A DNA stretch of 64,000 bases from the human T2T-CHM13v2.0 reference genome, Homo sapiens. The notes beneath the pieces are model-generated. The model saw only the letters and a program-made list of their open reading frames with translations. It was not told where the DNA came from and did no database searches. This document shows, one piece after another, positions 1 through 15,070 of this stretch. The stretch lies in assembly GCF_009914755.1 (NCBI RefSeq), contig NC_060937.1; one strand, 5' to 3'. How positions within the stretch are numbered: position 1 is the stretch's first letter; each line of letters starts with the position of its first letter. A program made the translations under genes and the position numbers.

Positions 1-779
1 AGTGCTTTTCTGTCACTCAATGAAATTCTTCTATGCCTTGTCCACTCTTCAGTGTCCACATACCTCCTTCCTCTCTTGGATGCAGGACAAGAATGCAGGA
101 CCTGCCTAATGGCAGGTGTGAAAGGAATTGTAACACTGTAGCCCTCCCATCTTCTGCGTGCAGTGGGTGGCTGCCCCACATGATGAGAAGAGGTAATGGC
201 ATGCCTGGGACAACCTAGGAGCCATGGTCTGGAGCAGGGCAGTGGGACTGAACAAGCCATGACACGCCCCTGTTTGCTGAAGTGTGCAGACAGGGAAAAC
301 AAATGAGCTGTAACTTGCCCCTCTTGTTCACCACACTGCAGGCAGTGGGAACAAATGTGATCTGCAACATGAATGAGCTGAAACATAGCCCCCCAGCCAT
401 GCTGCAGGTGGCAGGAAAGAGAGAGAGCTGCAGCAGTCCTCAGGGAATCAGGCCTTGGAACTCTCTGGGCAAAAGCCATAATACCACTTGGGGCTTCATG
501 GTTGTTGACCTCTCAAAGTTTTTGGGTGCTGCTATATCCCCCTCAACTAGATGCTGGCATCCAAGGTGGAACACAGTCACAGTTTGCCAGACCCGCTGAG
601 TACAGAGCCGCAACAGGCATGGAATCTGGGCTGGTAGCACGAGCTGAGTGCAGCCTGCCAGGCTGAGTGAGTAGAGCAAGTCCAGCGGTGAGCCTGGAGC
701 TGAGTGAGGCCCAGGTAGGGGAACTGCAGGCTGTGGAGATTTCTGGCTGGTGAAGCAGCACCAAAAGAATCTTGTGTCA
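1..779 (+). mobile_element. ERV1-class LTR, MER52-family-like (3' part; start lies outside the window)
   Basis: Ends ...ggagatttctggctggtgaagcagcaccaaaagaatcttgtgtca (CA terminus) and contains gctgagtgcagcctgccaggctgagtg, resembling MER52 as I recall it. Confidence 0.7.
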
Positions 780-879
780 CCACCACATTATTATAAGAAC
801 TTCTTCTATAAAGGACTTTTGCAATAGCCTTTTACCTAGCATCCTAAAGCATTTCCCATTCTCAAACACAGCAAACTTG

Positions 880-1685
880 TAAAATCACAAAGCTCTCCAC
901 ATTACTCCTATAATGCAAGCAATTCAGTGGCTTTCTATTGCTCTTAGGAAAGCCAAAAACCTTTTAAAAGGCCTTCCTGGTCTGGCTTGTGCCTCCCTCT
1001 TGCTTCTTATATAACTCCTTTCTCTTGGCTCCCTGTAGTGTATCAACCCCTCCTCAGAATTATTCAAACCCTCCTCAGAATTTCCTCCTGGCTTTAACCA
1101 TTGGAAAACTTCTTTGCTGTTTATCTGTGAAGAACATACACAGACCTCTTACTCATCATCCATGTTTTAGGTATTAAATCTCATTTCTTCAAAAAGTCAC
1201 TCTTAGCTGGGCCTGTAATCCCAGCACTTTGGGAGGCTGAGGCAGGAGAATCACTGGAGGTCAGGAGTTTGAGACCAACCTGGCCAAATGATGAAATACT
1301 GTCTCTGTAAAAATACAAAAAATAGCTGAATGTGGTGGTACAAGCCTGTAATCCCAGATACTCAGGAGTGTGAGGCAGGAGAATCACTTGAACGAATTTG
1401 CAGTGAGCCAAGATTGTGCCACTGTGCTACAGCCTGGGTGACAGAGCTAGACTCTGTCTCAAAAGAAAAAGTTACCCTTCATTTCATGGAATAGTTTAGT
1501 CTTAACTGTTTTATACTATTCTAGCACCTGTTGGTATGTTTTTTGTGGTCCACATTGTGCTTAAGCCCTTAAGCCCACAGTGCCAGGGACCATGCAGGGA
1601 TTGTTCAATATTACATTCCCAGTTGGAAAACTGCCAAGCACAGATAAGGAACTCAGCAATTATTTGTTAAGTGAACAAATGCATG
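880..1685 (+). mobile_element. L2 3' fragment interrupted by an Alu
   Basis: cagtggctttctattgctcttagg...ggccttcctggtctggc and terminal caagcacagataagaactcagcaattatttgttaagtgaa resemble the L2 3' end. Confidence 0.55.
1205..1470 (+). mobile_element. Alu with small internal deletions
   Basis: cctgtaatcccagcactttgggaggctgagg...gactctgtctcaaaa; degenerate TSD aaaagtcactctt / aaaagttaccctt. Confidence 0.95.
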
Positions 1686-2699
1686 TATTAATAGCATCCA
1701 TAATTGAAATAAAAAATTGAAAACATTATGTCTAATGATAGTCACTACTGGCAATGACTAAATTAGACTTTAACTCTAACATATATTTAGAGTTGGCCAC
1801 ACGAATGTGTGCATGACAACAATGGAATGATTCCCTATTAGTTTCTTCTTATTTTCTGTCCATGGTTGCTTTCTGTCTTATGGTGACACATAGGTCTTGG
1901 TGGTACATATATACAAATTGATTTAATTTGAATTAATGAAGATTTAAGGAATGATCTGAAATATTGCTCAATAGTGCTAAGTGAAATAAAGTGAATACAG
2001 AGATCCTCTTTTAGGTTTTGCTCTGCAAAAACATCTTTTCCTTTTGACCGTATGACTCCTGCATCCTCTGAACTACCAACCAAATGGTCTCAATAAGTTC
2101 AACTTAGACATGAATATGAGCTCAGTGTTAGCCATCAAAACCTTTTCCATAGATAAATGGTTGATCATAGGTAAGCACATTATCAAAGGAGGACCAAAGT
2201 TCAGTTGGAGTGATTTCTACCAACATTTAGAGTTACGATCTTCCTCCTTTTGAGATTGTGACTACTCTTTCTTAAGCTTTAGGTGGTCATACTTTCTGTT
2301 AAGCAGAGACAGTCTACCTAAAAATAAAGCAAATATTAAGAATAGCAGAGATGACAGAGAAACTAGGTCACCTAGATTTGGCTGTCTTTTTGGAATTAAA
2401 ATGTATGTAATGAAATAAATAACTTTTTTTTCTACTCAATCTAATTTATTTGCATTCTAGACACAGTGACAGTTTATAAACTTTTTTTAAATATAATCCT
2501 TTAATGAGATGTGAGTGTATATAGTGATATAGTATCATCAATAATCAGATTTTTAGAGATGGCTCCGTTAAACATAAAGATGAATAAATAAATACAGAAA
2601 AATATAAAGACAGAATAATATGAGATTTAGAAATCATGCTATATCAACACATAGTTTCCAACTTAAGGAAGAAAAGGCTAAGAGGAAACATAATTCCAG

Positions 2700-2806
2700 T
2701 TTTTTTATTTGTCTTTATAGAGATGGGATCTCGCTACATTGCCTAGACTGGTCTCAAACTCCTGGCCTCAAGCAATCCTCCCACCTTGGCCTCACAAAGT
2801 GCTAGG
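2700..2806 (-). mobile_element. FLAM / Alu left-monomer fragment
   Basis: tagagatgggatctcgctacattgcctagactggtctcaaactcctggcctcaagcaatcctcccaccttggcctc. Confidence 0.9.
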
Positions 2807-4431
2807 CATAATTTTAGTTTTTAAATATTTATAAGGCTCTCTTTCTTGCCCAAGGAGGGGAAACACATCTTCCTTTTTTTTTTTTTTTTTTTCTTTAGAG
2901 AAAAACGTATATAGGAGATCGGGATACATTACTGAATGCCAAATTCTTAGATTACTATCAAGAACCACTTTTAACTTAGAAATGTAAAGTAGGGGAGAAG
3001 TCATTATTGTAAGTAGCTTCCAGATACTTAATTTTTGAGCAAAATTTAGCTAATGCTTATCAGGAATGTTGCGGAAAAGATAATAAATGTGGCAGAAGGA
3101 AGTCTATGGTTTCTCACTCTATGAACCATTGCTTACAATTGTCAGTGAAGCAGTAGCCCAGTAGAATATATTTTTAAAAAATCTTCAGAAATGTATGACA
3201 CTACTTTTTCCTTTTCTTTTTACTTTCATTCCCTCTTCAAAATATTCTAATTTTTCTTCTATTATTCTTTGTTTTAATATTACATTCTATAGAGTCTGAA
3301 ATTATAAAGACATTTTTCTTCTTTTTGCTTAGCATGATAGTTAATATGATGAGAGGTTATCTGTAAATAAATTTCAAAGTGCCTAAATTATTTAGATATG
3401 TGCACCTTAAGCTAATTTTACTGATTCATAATCACTAAGCTAATGGAAAACACCTATAAGTGATATGGTAGACTTTGAAGGTAATGAACTTCAAATGACA
3501 ATTAGATAAGAGCACATCAATTCATTTTGAATAGGAAAAAAATTCTCACAAAGATAACTAAAGTTGAATACTTTCCCAAAAAATACAAGAGGGAGCCCAA
3601 GATGGCAAAGGTAGATGCATCAAAAAGTCATCTCTTTCCCTCTAGAAAAACTACTGTTATTTATCTTTGTATCAACAGCGTACTCAAAATTAGAAGTAGA
3701 TAGCCTCAAATATTTGTTGTTTTATTGTTAGTGAGGAACGAGTGTTGTTCAATAACATCTGACTTATCCAAAACATCCTAATTAAAAAAAAATCATTGAA
3801 TTTCATGCTGGAAAGAAACTTGGATAGAAAATGTTGTCTAAATTTTGAGTTTTATAAATAATGTGAAAAATGAGAGAGACAAAAATAGTAATATGGTCGA
3901 GGGATTCGTCACAGCTCTGCCCTCTCCCCCATGAGAAAAGATAGATAAATTTAAAAATCTAACAAAAATAAATTACACTTCATCTAATGAATAAAATTTT
4001 GAGACAGATTATGACTTTCCTGCTATGAGGCCTCTCTTTTTGAATTGACCCTGTAAGGATGTGAGAATTGGAGATCAGGGAAAGGATCCTGTATATAGTA
4101 ACTGACACACTTTGTGGCACATTCTTTCTGATGTTGTCCATCTGATAAATATGAGATGAGAACCCAGGATAAGACAGTTAATTAAATTATTTAACTTTCT
4201 TATCACAGTGTCTGGGATGTAGTACAATTTAATAAAATTTAGTTCTCTTTGTATATTCCAAGTGTCCTGACTACACCTTTGGTGCTCTTACTTGGAAATT
4301 CATTTACTGAATGGGAAAGTACAAGGCATGACATGTATTATTATAATGAAGCTGATGAAACTATAGAAAATCAAAAAGTAGGTTTTATTTATACAGTAGT
4401 ATTATATTTTAATATTAAACTAAACTTATAG

Positions 4432-4645
4432 CAGTGGTAAATGAATGTTTTCTGAAATGGGCCAAATGTTAAATATTTTAGGTTCTTCTAGCCATATGTT
4501 TTTTCTGAAAAATAGTTAACTTGGCAATAGTAGCATGAAAGCAGTCATAGACAGTACATAAATGCATGACTGCACGGTAATAATACTTTATTTATGAAAA
4601 AAAGGTGATGGGCTAAATTTGATGCAAGGTCCATAGTTTGCTGCT
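4432..4645. mobile_element. MER58A-like hAT-Charlie MITE
   Basis: ttttctgaaatgggccaaatgttaaatattttagg...gcagtcatagacagtacataaatg...catagtttgctg follows the MER58A layout. Confidence 0.75.
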
Positions 4646-6084
4646 CAGATATTCATACCCTACTCTTCAATATTACCCCCCCAACATTTTTTTTAGGAAT
4701 TCTTTTTGTCCTTGGGATGGAGATCGTTAATTTTTTGGCTTTATGCTGTATCGAAGTTATGAAAATCTATAGCAGAATGGTTTTGAAATCCATGGCCCTC
4801 AATTGCAGCAGACAGAAATGTGTTATTAGAGAGAATATTTTACAATTCTAAGTTGACTTTAAATATTATTAAGAACACTCAAACTAGAGAGATTATTCCA
4901 TAAGACATATAATAAGGAAGAGCGTGTGGTGACAGAAAAGGCATTTTTTCCCTAACCAAAAGTATATGAGAGCTTATTCAGGCAGAAAAAGAAGAGAGAA
5001 AAATCAGAAGAGATGTGACAAATGTAATTAGCATTTAGATGCTGGTTGGTTTCTAAAAAGGTCTATCATCTCAGTCTCCTCTTTTGTGGTGATCTGCAGA
5101 TAAATGCAACCAGTTTCCTGTGTGCCCGCTTTCCCCTTAATTGTGGGGAAATGGCTAAGAGGTATAGCAAGTCAGTTGAGGACTCATGCATCAGGAGGTG
5201 AAGAAGCAATGTGTGTAACTTAACCATGGAGAACCTAGGGGGATCAAGAACACCCATCAGCAAATGACACTCCAATAAAAATGGAGAAATTTCACCTAGG
5301 AATATTATCTCCCAAACCAAGAATGCCATAATGATACTTACATTGCCTCCATGATGCAACCCAATTGCCAATTAGAAAAAAGAGGGAGAGAAGAGAAAAT
5401 AGCAAAATCCAGAATTAAGTACTTACTAAAAGAAATTGTTTTGAACTAGAAGTAACTGAGCTATTTGAATTGTCAAGCTTAGTATTTTAGTTGCTGAGTG
5501 TAAGTCAAATCTTTTGAGCTATGCTAAATTGAGAAATATAAAAAAATAAAGAATTTTAATCATTTTAAACCTCTATGTGATTGTCTAAATATGACTTATG
5601 AAATTTGCAAGATGCCAATGCTATATAACATGGAACTTGCCCAAACTTCACCTTTCTATAAAGCCAACAAAAGAACATCAGAATACTATGAGAAAATAGC
5701 AGTAATAATCCAGAGAGAACATACGTTTATGACATTTGAGACTGTATCTTTTGGGATTGTGACCCAAACCTGAAATATCTATTTGTATGTGATGACTTAC
5801 TGGTAGTGAATATCAAAAAGTGAAACTCTTTTTTCCCCCAAAAATCCATTAATCTACATTAGACCAAATGTCGTCTTAGAATGCAGTTATCTTGAGAATT
5901 TACTATTTGCATTCATTTTCCCAAGCATTTTGAAACTTCGAATTCCAATAGGCAGCCTACTAACAACAGAAGAATTTCACTGTCAGTCATGATTTTTAAC
6001 TCCTGCCCTATAAACAGGCCTTCATTTATATGGAACTGTGAGTCTATAAAGTTTCACAGGAACAGTGACTATGTTGGCACATTC

Positions 6085-6950
6085 TTCATACTGATTCAAT
6101 GTCTGAGGACAGAGAAGTGAACAAGAGTGGCCTAATGCCAGTTTGTGTGGATCTTACATTCTAGTGGAAGACAAAAGAGAACATTTGCAATTAGAGAAAG
6201 AAGAAACTATACGATAGTAGTAAGTGCTAGGCAGATAATTGAGACAGATGATGTCATCGTGTGTATCTGAGTGACTACCAGAGATAGCCTCATGGAGAAA
6301 TGGCATTTAAGTCAATGACTTGAAAGAACCAGCAATGTGAAAATTAAGAGAAAAAATTCTCAAGGCAGAGGTAACACTTAGTGTGAAGATCATAAATTCA
6401 AAAAAGAAGCTCCATAATTGAATAAATAGAAAGTCAGTGTTGCTTAAAAGTCGTAGCTCAAAGGAGAGTGCTATTGGATAAGGTTGGAAAAATGGCAGAG
6501 TTCCGCTCTATGGGACTTTGTAAGCAGGATAGGGAAACAGGGTTTATTTAAAATACAGAGTGAAGTCAATGATAGACTTTAAATAGGAAGTAATTGTATG
6601 TGTTTAAACATTTGGACAAGATGACTTTGGCTAACATGATTTTAAGGATGTGGTAGTGGCAAGTGTTGAAGCAGAAAAACTTTCAGAATATCAGGTAACA
6701 AATGTAGTAGGCAATAGAAGTAAAGAGAGAGAGAAATAGATGGATTCACTCTACATTTAAAAATATTTACTGATGAGTTAGATGTGGCAGAGTAAAAAAG
6801 AATACTCAATGATACTCTCTAGATTTTTGATTTAAGCAAGTAAAAGTGTGGATGAATGATGTGGTTCTTTCAAATGAGGAAAACCAGGGGAAGAAGTAGG
6901 TAAGGAGGTAGAAATTAAACATTCTGCTCCATATTAATTTTGAGTTGAAA
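6085..6950 (-). mobile_element. L2 fragment
   Basis: gaggacagagaagtgaacaagag...cttacattctagtggaagac followed by purine-rich antisense L2-type sequence. Confidence 0.65.
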
Positions 6951-7954
6951 CATAATTCCATATTTATTAAATGAATAAATGAATGATGTCCTTTTATTCA
7001 AAAGTCTTGGTTCCTAATAACTTTTAGCTTAATTTTTTGTAGTTTGAAAAAACCCTAAATCTCACCTCAAACATTAGAGAGATGTTTCTTTATGAAGTCA
7101 CAAAAGTTAAAAGAAAATCATATCAGGGAAAATAATATAATAGGGGAAGAAAAGATTGTAAGAGTTCATTTAAATAAAATCTTTATTCTTTTTCCTAGAT
7201 GATAAAATAAATGTCAATAAAGATAAATGATTTCTCCACCTAAGTACAATCAATGACTAAAAGAGCCAGAGTACATGAGGTTTCTTAACTATTAATCTAC
7301 TGCTGTCGTTTTTTTTTCTTTTCCTTCTGGATGCTGTCCCATTTCTCCCAGGTCTTTCCCTACTCTATGGAAGATAAAAACCACTGAGAATAGAGTAGGC
7401 AAATAAATCATCACCACATCCTCATTATTCACATAATGAAATTCTTCTGTGGCAAAAACTGACAAGGAGAAAGTTTCAATTAAGCATTTAGGGTCCAGCA
7501 ATCTTTGTAATAAACGTTGACTTTTATATACTTCCATAAATACCTATGAAAATCTTGATTTTCCATGTAAAATCCAGTTGTCCATGTAACTAAAGCATTG
7601 ACATGCTGTGAAAACAAAATACAAGCCCCTCACGTTTGTGTCCTAATGCACACTCACACTGTATTTAAATCTCCCACATTTTCTTATTCTCTCAGTTTAT
7701 TGTTAAATTCATTCTTTCTATTTTTTGCTGCATTAGAAATTTCCAAACTCTACATTTTACCTCTAAATTGCCCATTTTTTTGTCTAACACTGATAGTCTT
7801 ATTTTCAACATTATATTGAATATTAGGACCTTTTTATATTTTGTGTGCACATTTTACACTAGAGCCTTCTCATACACTCTAATGAAAGATGGACTGCAAA
7901 ATTATAATTGATTCGTTAGTAGGTTGGTGAACCTCCAGCATAAATCTCTATCTT

Positions 7955-7965
7955 TCTCTCTCTCC

Positions 7966-8042
<77 letters not shown>
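7955..8042. repeat. Compound microsatellite (CT)n(AT)n(AC)n
   Basis: Directly visible. Confidence 0.97.
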
Positions 8043-8043
<1 letters not shown>

Positions 8044-8380
8044 CACATATATTTCCCTCCCTCTTTCTTTTTGTCTGCTGTAATACCTGGTTGCTGCTAT
8101 GGTTTGGATATGGTGTATTTGTCCCCACTTAACCTCATGCTGAAGTTTGATCCTCTGTGTGTTGATGTTGGGAAGCGGGGCATAGTGGAAGTGTTTGGGT
8201 CATGAAGGTGGATCTCTCATGAAGGGCTTGGAGTCATCCTAGCAGCAGTGAGTGATTTTTTGCTCTTGCAAAACTGAATTAGTGCCGGCGGAGTGAATTA
8301 ACTTCTGAGAGGATAGGTTGTTATAAAGTCTGGATGCCCCTTGGGTTTGCTCCCTCTTCACATGTGCATGCTTCCCCTTG

Positions 8381-9182
8381 TGATACAGGAGAGGGGCAGG
8401 GAAGTGCTTGGTAAAGAAAGGCAGGTCCCTGGCTAGGGCTCCACCCCCACAGACCTAGGTGGTGACAGGCACTCCTGCTTTCATGCTCAATATTGCATTT
8501 TCCAAGACCACCTGGTCTGCCACACCCCTATCCTGGGCCTATAAAAACCAGAGACCCTACCGGGCAGACACACAGGTGGCCAGACATCAAGAGGAGCACA
8601 TCAGTGGAAGAAGACACAAGCAGCTGGATAGCAAGAGGACGTCGAGGGAGCACACCAGCGGAAGCACACACTGACAGATGCCAGCACAACGACATGCCAT
8701 CCACCGGTGGGGATGAAGCAGAGTTTGGCTGGGGCAGTTGGAGGAGGGCTGCGGCAGCCAGGTGGCCCAACTCCAGGGGAAACCATCTCCCTTCTGTCTC
8801 CTCATCAGCGCAGAGCTACTTCCACTCAATAAAACCTTGCACTCATTCTCCAGGCCCACCTGTGATCTGATTCTTCCCATACACAAGGCAAGAACCCAGG
8901 ATACAGAAAGCCCTCTGTCCTTGCAACAGGTTGGAGGGTCTAATTAAGTTGGTTAATACAAGCCACCTATAGATGGCAATCTAAAAGAGCATCCTGTAAC
9001 ACACACGCACTGGGGCTTCAGGAGCTGTAGACATTCACCCCTAGACACTGCCATGGTGTCAAAGACCCACAACCTGTTTATCTGTATGCTCCCCTAGAAG
9101 TTTGAGCAGTGGGGCACAGAAGAAACGAGCCACACCCCCATCGCAAGTGTGTGAGGGGGACAAGGGAAATTTTTCTCTTTCA
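8381..9182 (+). mobile_element. ERV1 solo LTR, LTR1-family (LTR1B-like)
   Basis: TG...CA termini (tgatacaggagaggggcagggaagtgc ... ttttctctttca), tataaaa near 8540, aataaa near 8828, 4-bp TSD CTTG at 8377-8380 and 9183-9186. Confidence 0.85.
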
Positions 9183-9202
9183 CTTGGACCTTCTCTTCCA
9201 GG

Positions 9203-9536
<334 letters not shown>

Positions 9537-10267
9537 TAGAAGCCAGGAAGGTGCTGGGGCCATGCTCTTGTGAGCTAATAAACCTTTTTTTGCAGAACTG
9601 TGAGCTAAATAAACCTCTTTTCTTTAAAAATTACCCAGCCTCAGGTGTTCCTTTAGAGTAACACTAAACAGACTAAGGCAACTTCATTTTGTTTTGCCTT
9701 TATACAATGTAATAACTAATTTTACTCATAACAGTAGTACTCAGTATATTGGATAGTATGAAAATCATTAACATTATATTTTTCCTGATTTTTTTTGTAT
9801 AGTTGTAAATAACAATACTGGATAATATCTAAGTAATATAAAATTATTACCAAACCACCAAGGCTACATTTTTTTCTTCCGTTTTCATGATTGTTGGTAA
9901 AATGCACGTTTTACTACCAAATAGTCTTGCACTTCCACCTCCATAAGTCCCAGCTCTCTCACGTGTATCTCAAAAACAGTACATTTAGTAATAACACAAG
10001 TATATAAGGTACTGAAAACAAAAAGTGTGGCTTTAAGTCCAGGATGTGTCCATCTTAGTTATTTGTGATTTTTTAAAAAGAATTTGTTCATTTCTTCTAA
10101 ATTATCATATTATTGGCTATAGTCCTTTATTCCTTTAAAATCTGTAGTATTTGTCATGATATCTCTTCTTTCATTTTTCATATATAAATAATTCATGTTA
10201 GTGATATATATGTCTATATAAATTTAGAAACTTTCTACCCCAGTTTTAACCCACAGTGCTGTGATTA

Positions 10268-10676
10268 TGTTGCAGAACAAAGATGGACCTACCACCATGT
10301 GGTTCAGATATTAACACTGATGATGTCACATGTGCACTAAAAGGGCATGGAAAGATTTATTTCTCATGTAATAATGCTTTTGTGGGATAGCAGTGCAGGT
10401 TGGGAAGTTGGGCTAAAGATGGCTTGAGAAAGCAGAGAAAGAAAAGCAAACACCAGCTGTTTGTTTTTAGTGTGGTTTGAGGTGGGGCAGAGGAGAGGGC
10501 TCTTATACAAAGGTCAGGGCTTGCATGGTTTAAATTTCCTGGGGGCAGTACAGAAGGGAGCACCTTGGCTTTTCTGTCTCACTCAGATATGGGACAGAGA
10601 TGGAAAGAGGAGTGGTGAGGTGTGAAAGCTGTCAACAATCAGGTGTAAGGAATAGAGTCAGATTCTTTATTTTGCA
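10268..10676 (-). mobile_element. Old ERVL-class solo LTR (LTR53-like)
   Basis: Reverse complement starts tgtgcaaaataaagaatctgactc...gacagctttcacacctcacc and ends ...tgcaaca; family from recollection. Confidence 0.5.
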
Positions 10677-12469
10677 CAATTAGATCATTGTTACTATAGA
10701 ATAAAACGGGTAAAAATATTTGATGCAAATCTCATCTAGCCTCTTGAAACTTCTGATTTTAAAAGAAAATTGTAAGGAAATGAAGGTTAAAATAAATAGA
10801 TTTTTGTTTTGTTTTTGTTTTTATTTTGGTAGACAGTTATTTGGAACTCTTATGTTCCTGTTTTGCTCTTTGAGCATTCTAATAGTGACATTCATACATT
10901 CATTCTGATAAGGCTAGAAAATAATTGAGCTCTGGGGGAGGTGAAATCTATCAAATGATACCAAAAATTAGGCTGTATTATTCCTCTTTCATCCTCAAAA
11001 GATTAACTTTTTCCTCTCTAAATGTGTGGAAAGACTACATGTTGCTGATTCATTTTATTTCTTCAGGTTTTTTGTTTTTGTTTTATGTTCATGTTCATCT
11101 AGTTGAGGATGTTGGATTTTGTGGTAGTCCCTGAAAGTTAATTGTTTCCTTAATTTTGCACTTAAAAATATTTTTTCTTCTGAAAATAACTGTTAGACTT
11201 TTGACAAATCATAAAATAAGAAAGTATGGAATAATTTTAGAAAATAAATCAGCATATCCAGGCTCAGCCAAAATGTAAAAATAATAAATTAAAAATTCAA
11301 TCAACAAATATTTAATAAATATTCACTAATTGCTTATCTATATTTCAGAAGCCATGAAGAAAACAAAAGAGTTTCAGAGTATGTTAGATTCATAAAAAGT
11401 ATATATTAAAAACACTTTAAAAATAAAATCTGTTAATATAGGTTGTTGACACTAAATATAATACAAAATATAATAAGTAATATCAAAATGCAATGCATGA
11501 CTACTACACCTCTGGATTTCATTTTGGTTGTACTTGCATGGAAAGAGAAGTACTAGCTGGTTAGATGTGAAAGAATTGTGGTAAGTTTCAGGGACAGACC
11601 AGAACAGAAATGAGAAAGATTTGTTTATTTTAGAGAAAAGGAAGATGCATTCTCAGAAAAGTCAAAATTAACAAATACAAAGTGGAAAAACAATATGTAC
11701 GCTATGGATTTGTTAACCATACTTCATGGTTTATTTGAGATAGTACTTGCTTACTCATATTGTTCTTCCCAAAATTGTTAATAACACACTCTTTTACTTA
11801 AAATGTGGTTAAATTTGGAAAAGTAATTATATGGTCATCTTCTCTATGGAGGCATCAAGGAGACAGATCATTTTCAGTAAAAGTTAAAGAGATAATTAGA
11901 ATTGGCAACGAATTTGTCGAGAAGCTGATCTAACGGGTATATATTTTCATCCCGATTTTATCCATGAAGAAGTAGAAGCCAATAAACATTAAGTTATTTT
12001 AAGTATTGCTCAGTAAGGAAGAGGCAAAGCTGTCATGCAAACCAGGATCAAGTTCACAATCTCCTAAAGAAACAAAGGCAGTACAATGATATGGAGGCTA
12101 TGATAAAACAATTTAAAATATGAAACATTGCTGAGATGGAATAGGATGAGGTCTTTAAATGTGATTGGATTTGTTGACTACCTTTAAGAAGAAAGAATCA
12201 ATGACATGATTCTTTGTCATGGGGAAACGTATATAACTCTGTGTTAATAAATGAATGAGTAATAAAGACTTACAGGCAGCACATATAGAATTTCCTTGTA
12301 AAAAATTGTAGTTATGAAAACTAGAAATTTTGTTCAGAAGTATATCAGATTTAAGAGAAAGTCTCTTGCTTGTTAGTGAAGGGATTGCTTGAATAATTGA
12401 CCACATAGAGAAACCAGGAAATTGAAAGAGAGTGTGCAAAATGGAAAAACAAATAAATGTACACCAAAT

Positions 12470-12724
12470 CTTTGAATCCACCTATCACCCAGAAGGCCTC
12501 TGTTTTGAGTTGCCCTGCTTTTCCAAATCGAACCAACGCATGTCTTTCATGTATTGATTGATGTCTATGTCTCCCTAAAATGTATAAAACCAAGCTGTAG
12601 CCCGATCATCTTAGGCACATTTTCTCAGTATCCCCTGGGCTGTGTCATGGGCCATTGATCACTCATATTTGACTCAGAATAAATCTCTCCAAATGTTTTA
12701 CAGAGTTCAACTCTTTTCATTGAC
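12470..12724 (+). mobile_element. MER4-family LTR, 3' part
   Basis: gtattgattgatgtctatgtctccctaaaatgtataaaaccaagctgtagccc...cagaataaatctctccaaatgttttacagagttcaactcttttcattgaca. Confidence 0.85.
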
Positions 12725-14859
12725 ACAAGCAAGCAAACAAAACGACAAAAAACAGTAGAGGGAGGAAATAATTTGTAAAACAAAGTCCCAGAATGTTTTC
12801 AAGGATTGTGGTAAAGCATACAGGTGGAAGAAAATACAAGCATGATAGCTGTGGGAGGCCAGTGTCCCAAGTGAATTTTGTTAGAACACGAATAAAAATG
12901 CATGGCCATGAAGTTCTGTTTGGGTTTACTATAATTTGCCCATTCTCTAAATAAAGTGGAAAGGGTACCTTTTCTTTAAATTGAGAAAACTGCTAAGTCT
13001 GCCCAAGGTCAAAGTCATTAGTCTAGTTGGAGCACTAGGTGAAAGAGAACTCAGCCCAGTGCTGGTATCCAGGAATCTTGGGCACCTGGAAAAGAATTAA
13101 TTGGTGACCCAGCACTAATTGGAGAGCAGCACAGCCAAGATCATTAAACAGCTGATTTTTTTTTTAGAATGTATCTATTCCTTCCAATTAACATTACAAA
13201 ATCTTTAGTCTTAAGATTGGTTTCCTGTTGTTCAGAAATGAGTAGAGCAAAATCTTTAGTACAATATATTGGAGAAAGAAAGATTACAGTTTACTGATTT
13301 AAGCAGATATTTTAATTTAACGTAGATGCAACTTAAATACATGCATTGAAAACTATTAGTCCAAAGAGCTAATTAAGTGCCCAGGCTACTAACTTATTTC
13401 CAGAGCAAATATATGTGAAATGCAAACTTTACACTATAACATCATTTGAAAGATTAATATTCTTCATGTTCATAATGACTCAGTTATTTTTAACAAAAGT
13501 AGAGGCTGTTTACTATTATTGTATATCAAATATAAGCCATAAGGGAAATTTTATTTGAAACTGCTATATTTTATTATATACTAAATTGACACATGTTCAT
13601 AGGCATGTGTGTTTACTGTGTGTGAATCTGTGGGTGAATATTCACATATCTGCTCAAAATGGATATATATGGGAGATTGATAACTTCTCAGATATTATTA
13701 ATTTAAAAGAGCATTTCTTTTTATCTCAATGGTTTCATGATCTTCGGTTTAGTATCTAATACTGCCTGAAACTACAAATTATCATCAAATAACAAAATAA
13801 TAACTTAGTATAATAATTTAATAACAGCATTTAATTCAATGAGGTAAAGTAACTTAGAGGATATGGCAAGAAGTTAGCAAAATCTTCATTTAATTGAAAT
13901 AAAATTTATAGAATACTTAACTGTATTCCAGCCTGTGTGTTAGGCAGTAATTTGAACAAACAAACAAACACAAAAGGGGTTTTTTCATCACAAAACTTCC
14001 AGTCTAGGATCGGAAACAGACATCTAAACAGCCGTACTATGATAAAATGTGATAACTATCCTACATTATCCTAATCACTTGTATTAAGTGATATAGAAAT
14101 ATAAAAGATAGATAGAAAGATTCAGTATAGGGAGCAGAGCCAAAGGGTTTTGGCAAGGCCTTCAAAGAAGAGTTGGCATTTAAACTGGTCCTTGAAAAAA
14201 ATAATTAGATCTCTGTCAGGCTGTGGGTGGGACATGTGGAAAAGAAGGCAAGGCATTTGCACAACATATAATGTGGTAATTTTGGGGTCAGCAAAATAGC
14301 TCCAATTCTTCTTAAAGTCCTAATTCTGGCTGTGTGACCTTGGCATGTTTCCAACTTTAGATACACAACTAGTACTCCAGACACACTATCTTAGGAAGAG
14401 AATTTAAGTTTAGCAGGAAGAGGACATGTGTCTTGACTGTGGTTCTTCCTTAATTTTATAAATTTTCCTATTGGGAAGTATAAGACTTCCTTCACAGCTG
14501 GAAGGACTGAAGCAAAAAGAAGACAAATGTCTTTCCTAATAAACACCACAAAACCCAGAAGCTAGGCAGGGTACATAGGCAATTGCTCCTAACTCCCAAT
14601 TCAGTACTCCGCCCACTAGACCAGTCATATCTCATAAATGGAGTTTGCCCTTTGCTAGAGAATATATGAGAGGTTGAGCTAATTTCTTATGCGCATTTAT
14701 GTATGTATAGTCAGATCTCTGTGAAGATTTAGAGACAAAGGATTATCTTTAAAAAAAAGTAAAACACATATAATTAGTGTTTATTCAATGTGTATTTCTG
14801 AATTTCTTAAAATTCATTTAGTAAATGTAGTCTAACTTAAAATAGGCAGGATGAGGAGG

Positions 14860-15070
14860 TAAAATATTTATTAACGATTGATTATGTGACAGAGTAATGT
14901 GTGAGATACTTTGCACATGTTCTCATGTAATAAAACTCAATGAGACAGAGCCAGTGATTTTATTCTTTTTCTTTTGTGAGAAATCTGAAGATTAAAGAGA
15001 TAAAGCAATTTGTACAAAGCTGTTAAGTAATACTACATTTTTTGACTCTAAAGTCCATGTCCTTTTCACC
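14860..15070 (-). mobile_element. MIR
   Basis: Antisense MIR core: tgagaaatctgaagattaaagagataaagcaatttgtacaaag...tttgactctaaagtccatgtcctt. Confidence 0.6.

Noticed and set aside
1043-1084. Short tandem duplications (21 bp here, 17 bp at 24977, about 35 bp near 54110-54181)
   Set aside because: Ordinary slippage or repair duplications within decayed repeats.
4900-5480. 101-aa minus ORF and LTR-like composition
   Set aside because: No recognisable protein motif; possibly an ancient LTR relic, but I cannot assign it.
13000-13160. Cluster of TAAT/homeobox-like motifs suggesting an enhancer
   Set aside because: Expected by chance in AT-rich DNA; unsupported without conservation or chromatin data.
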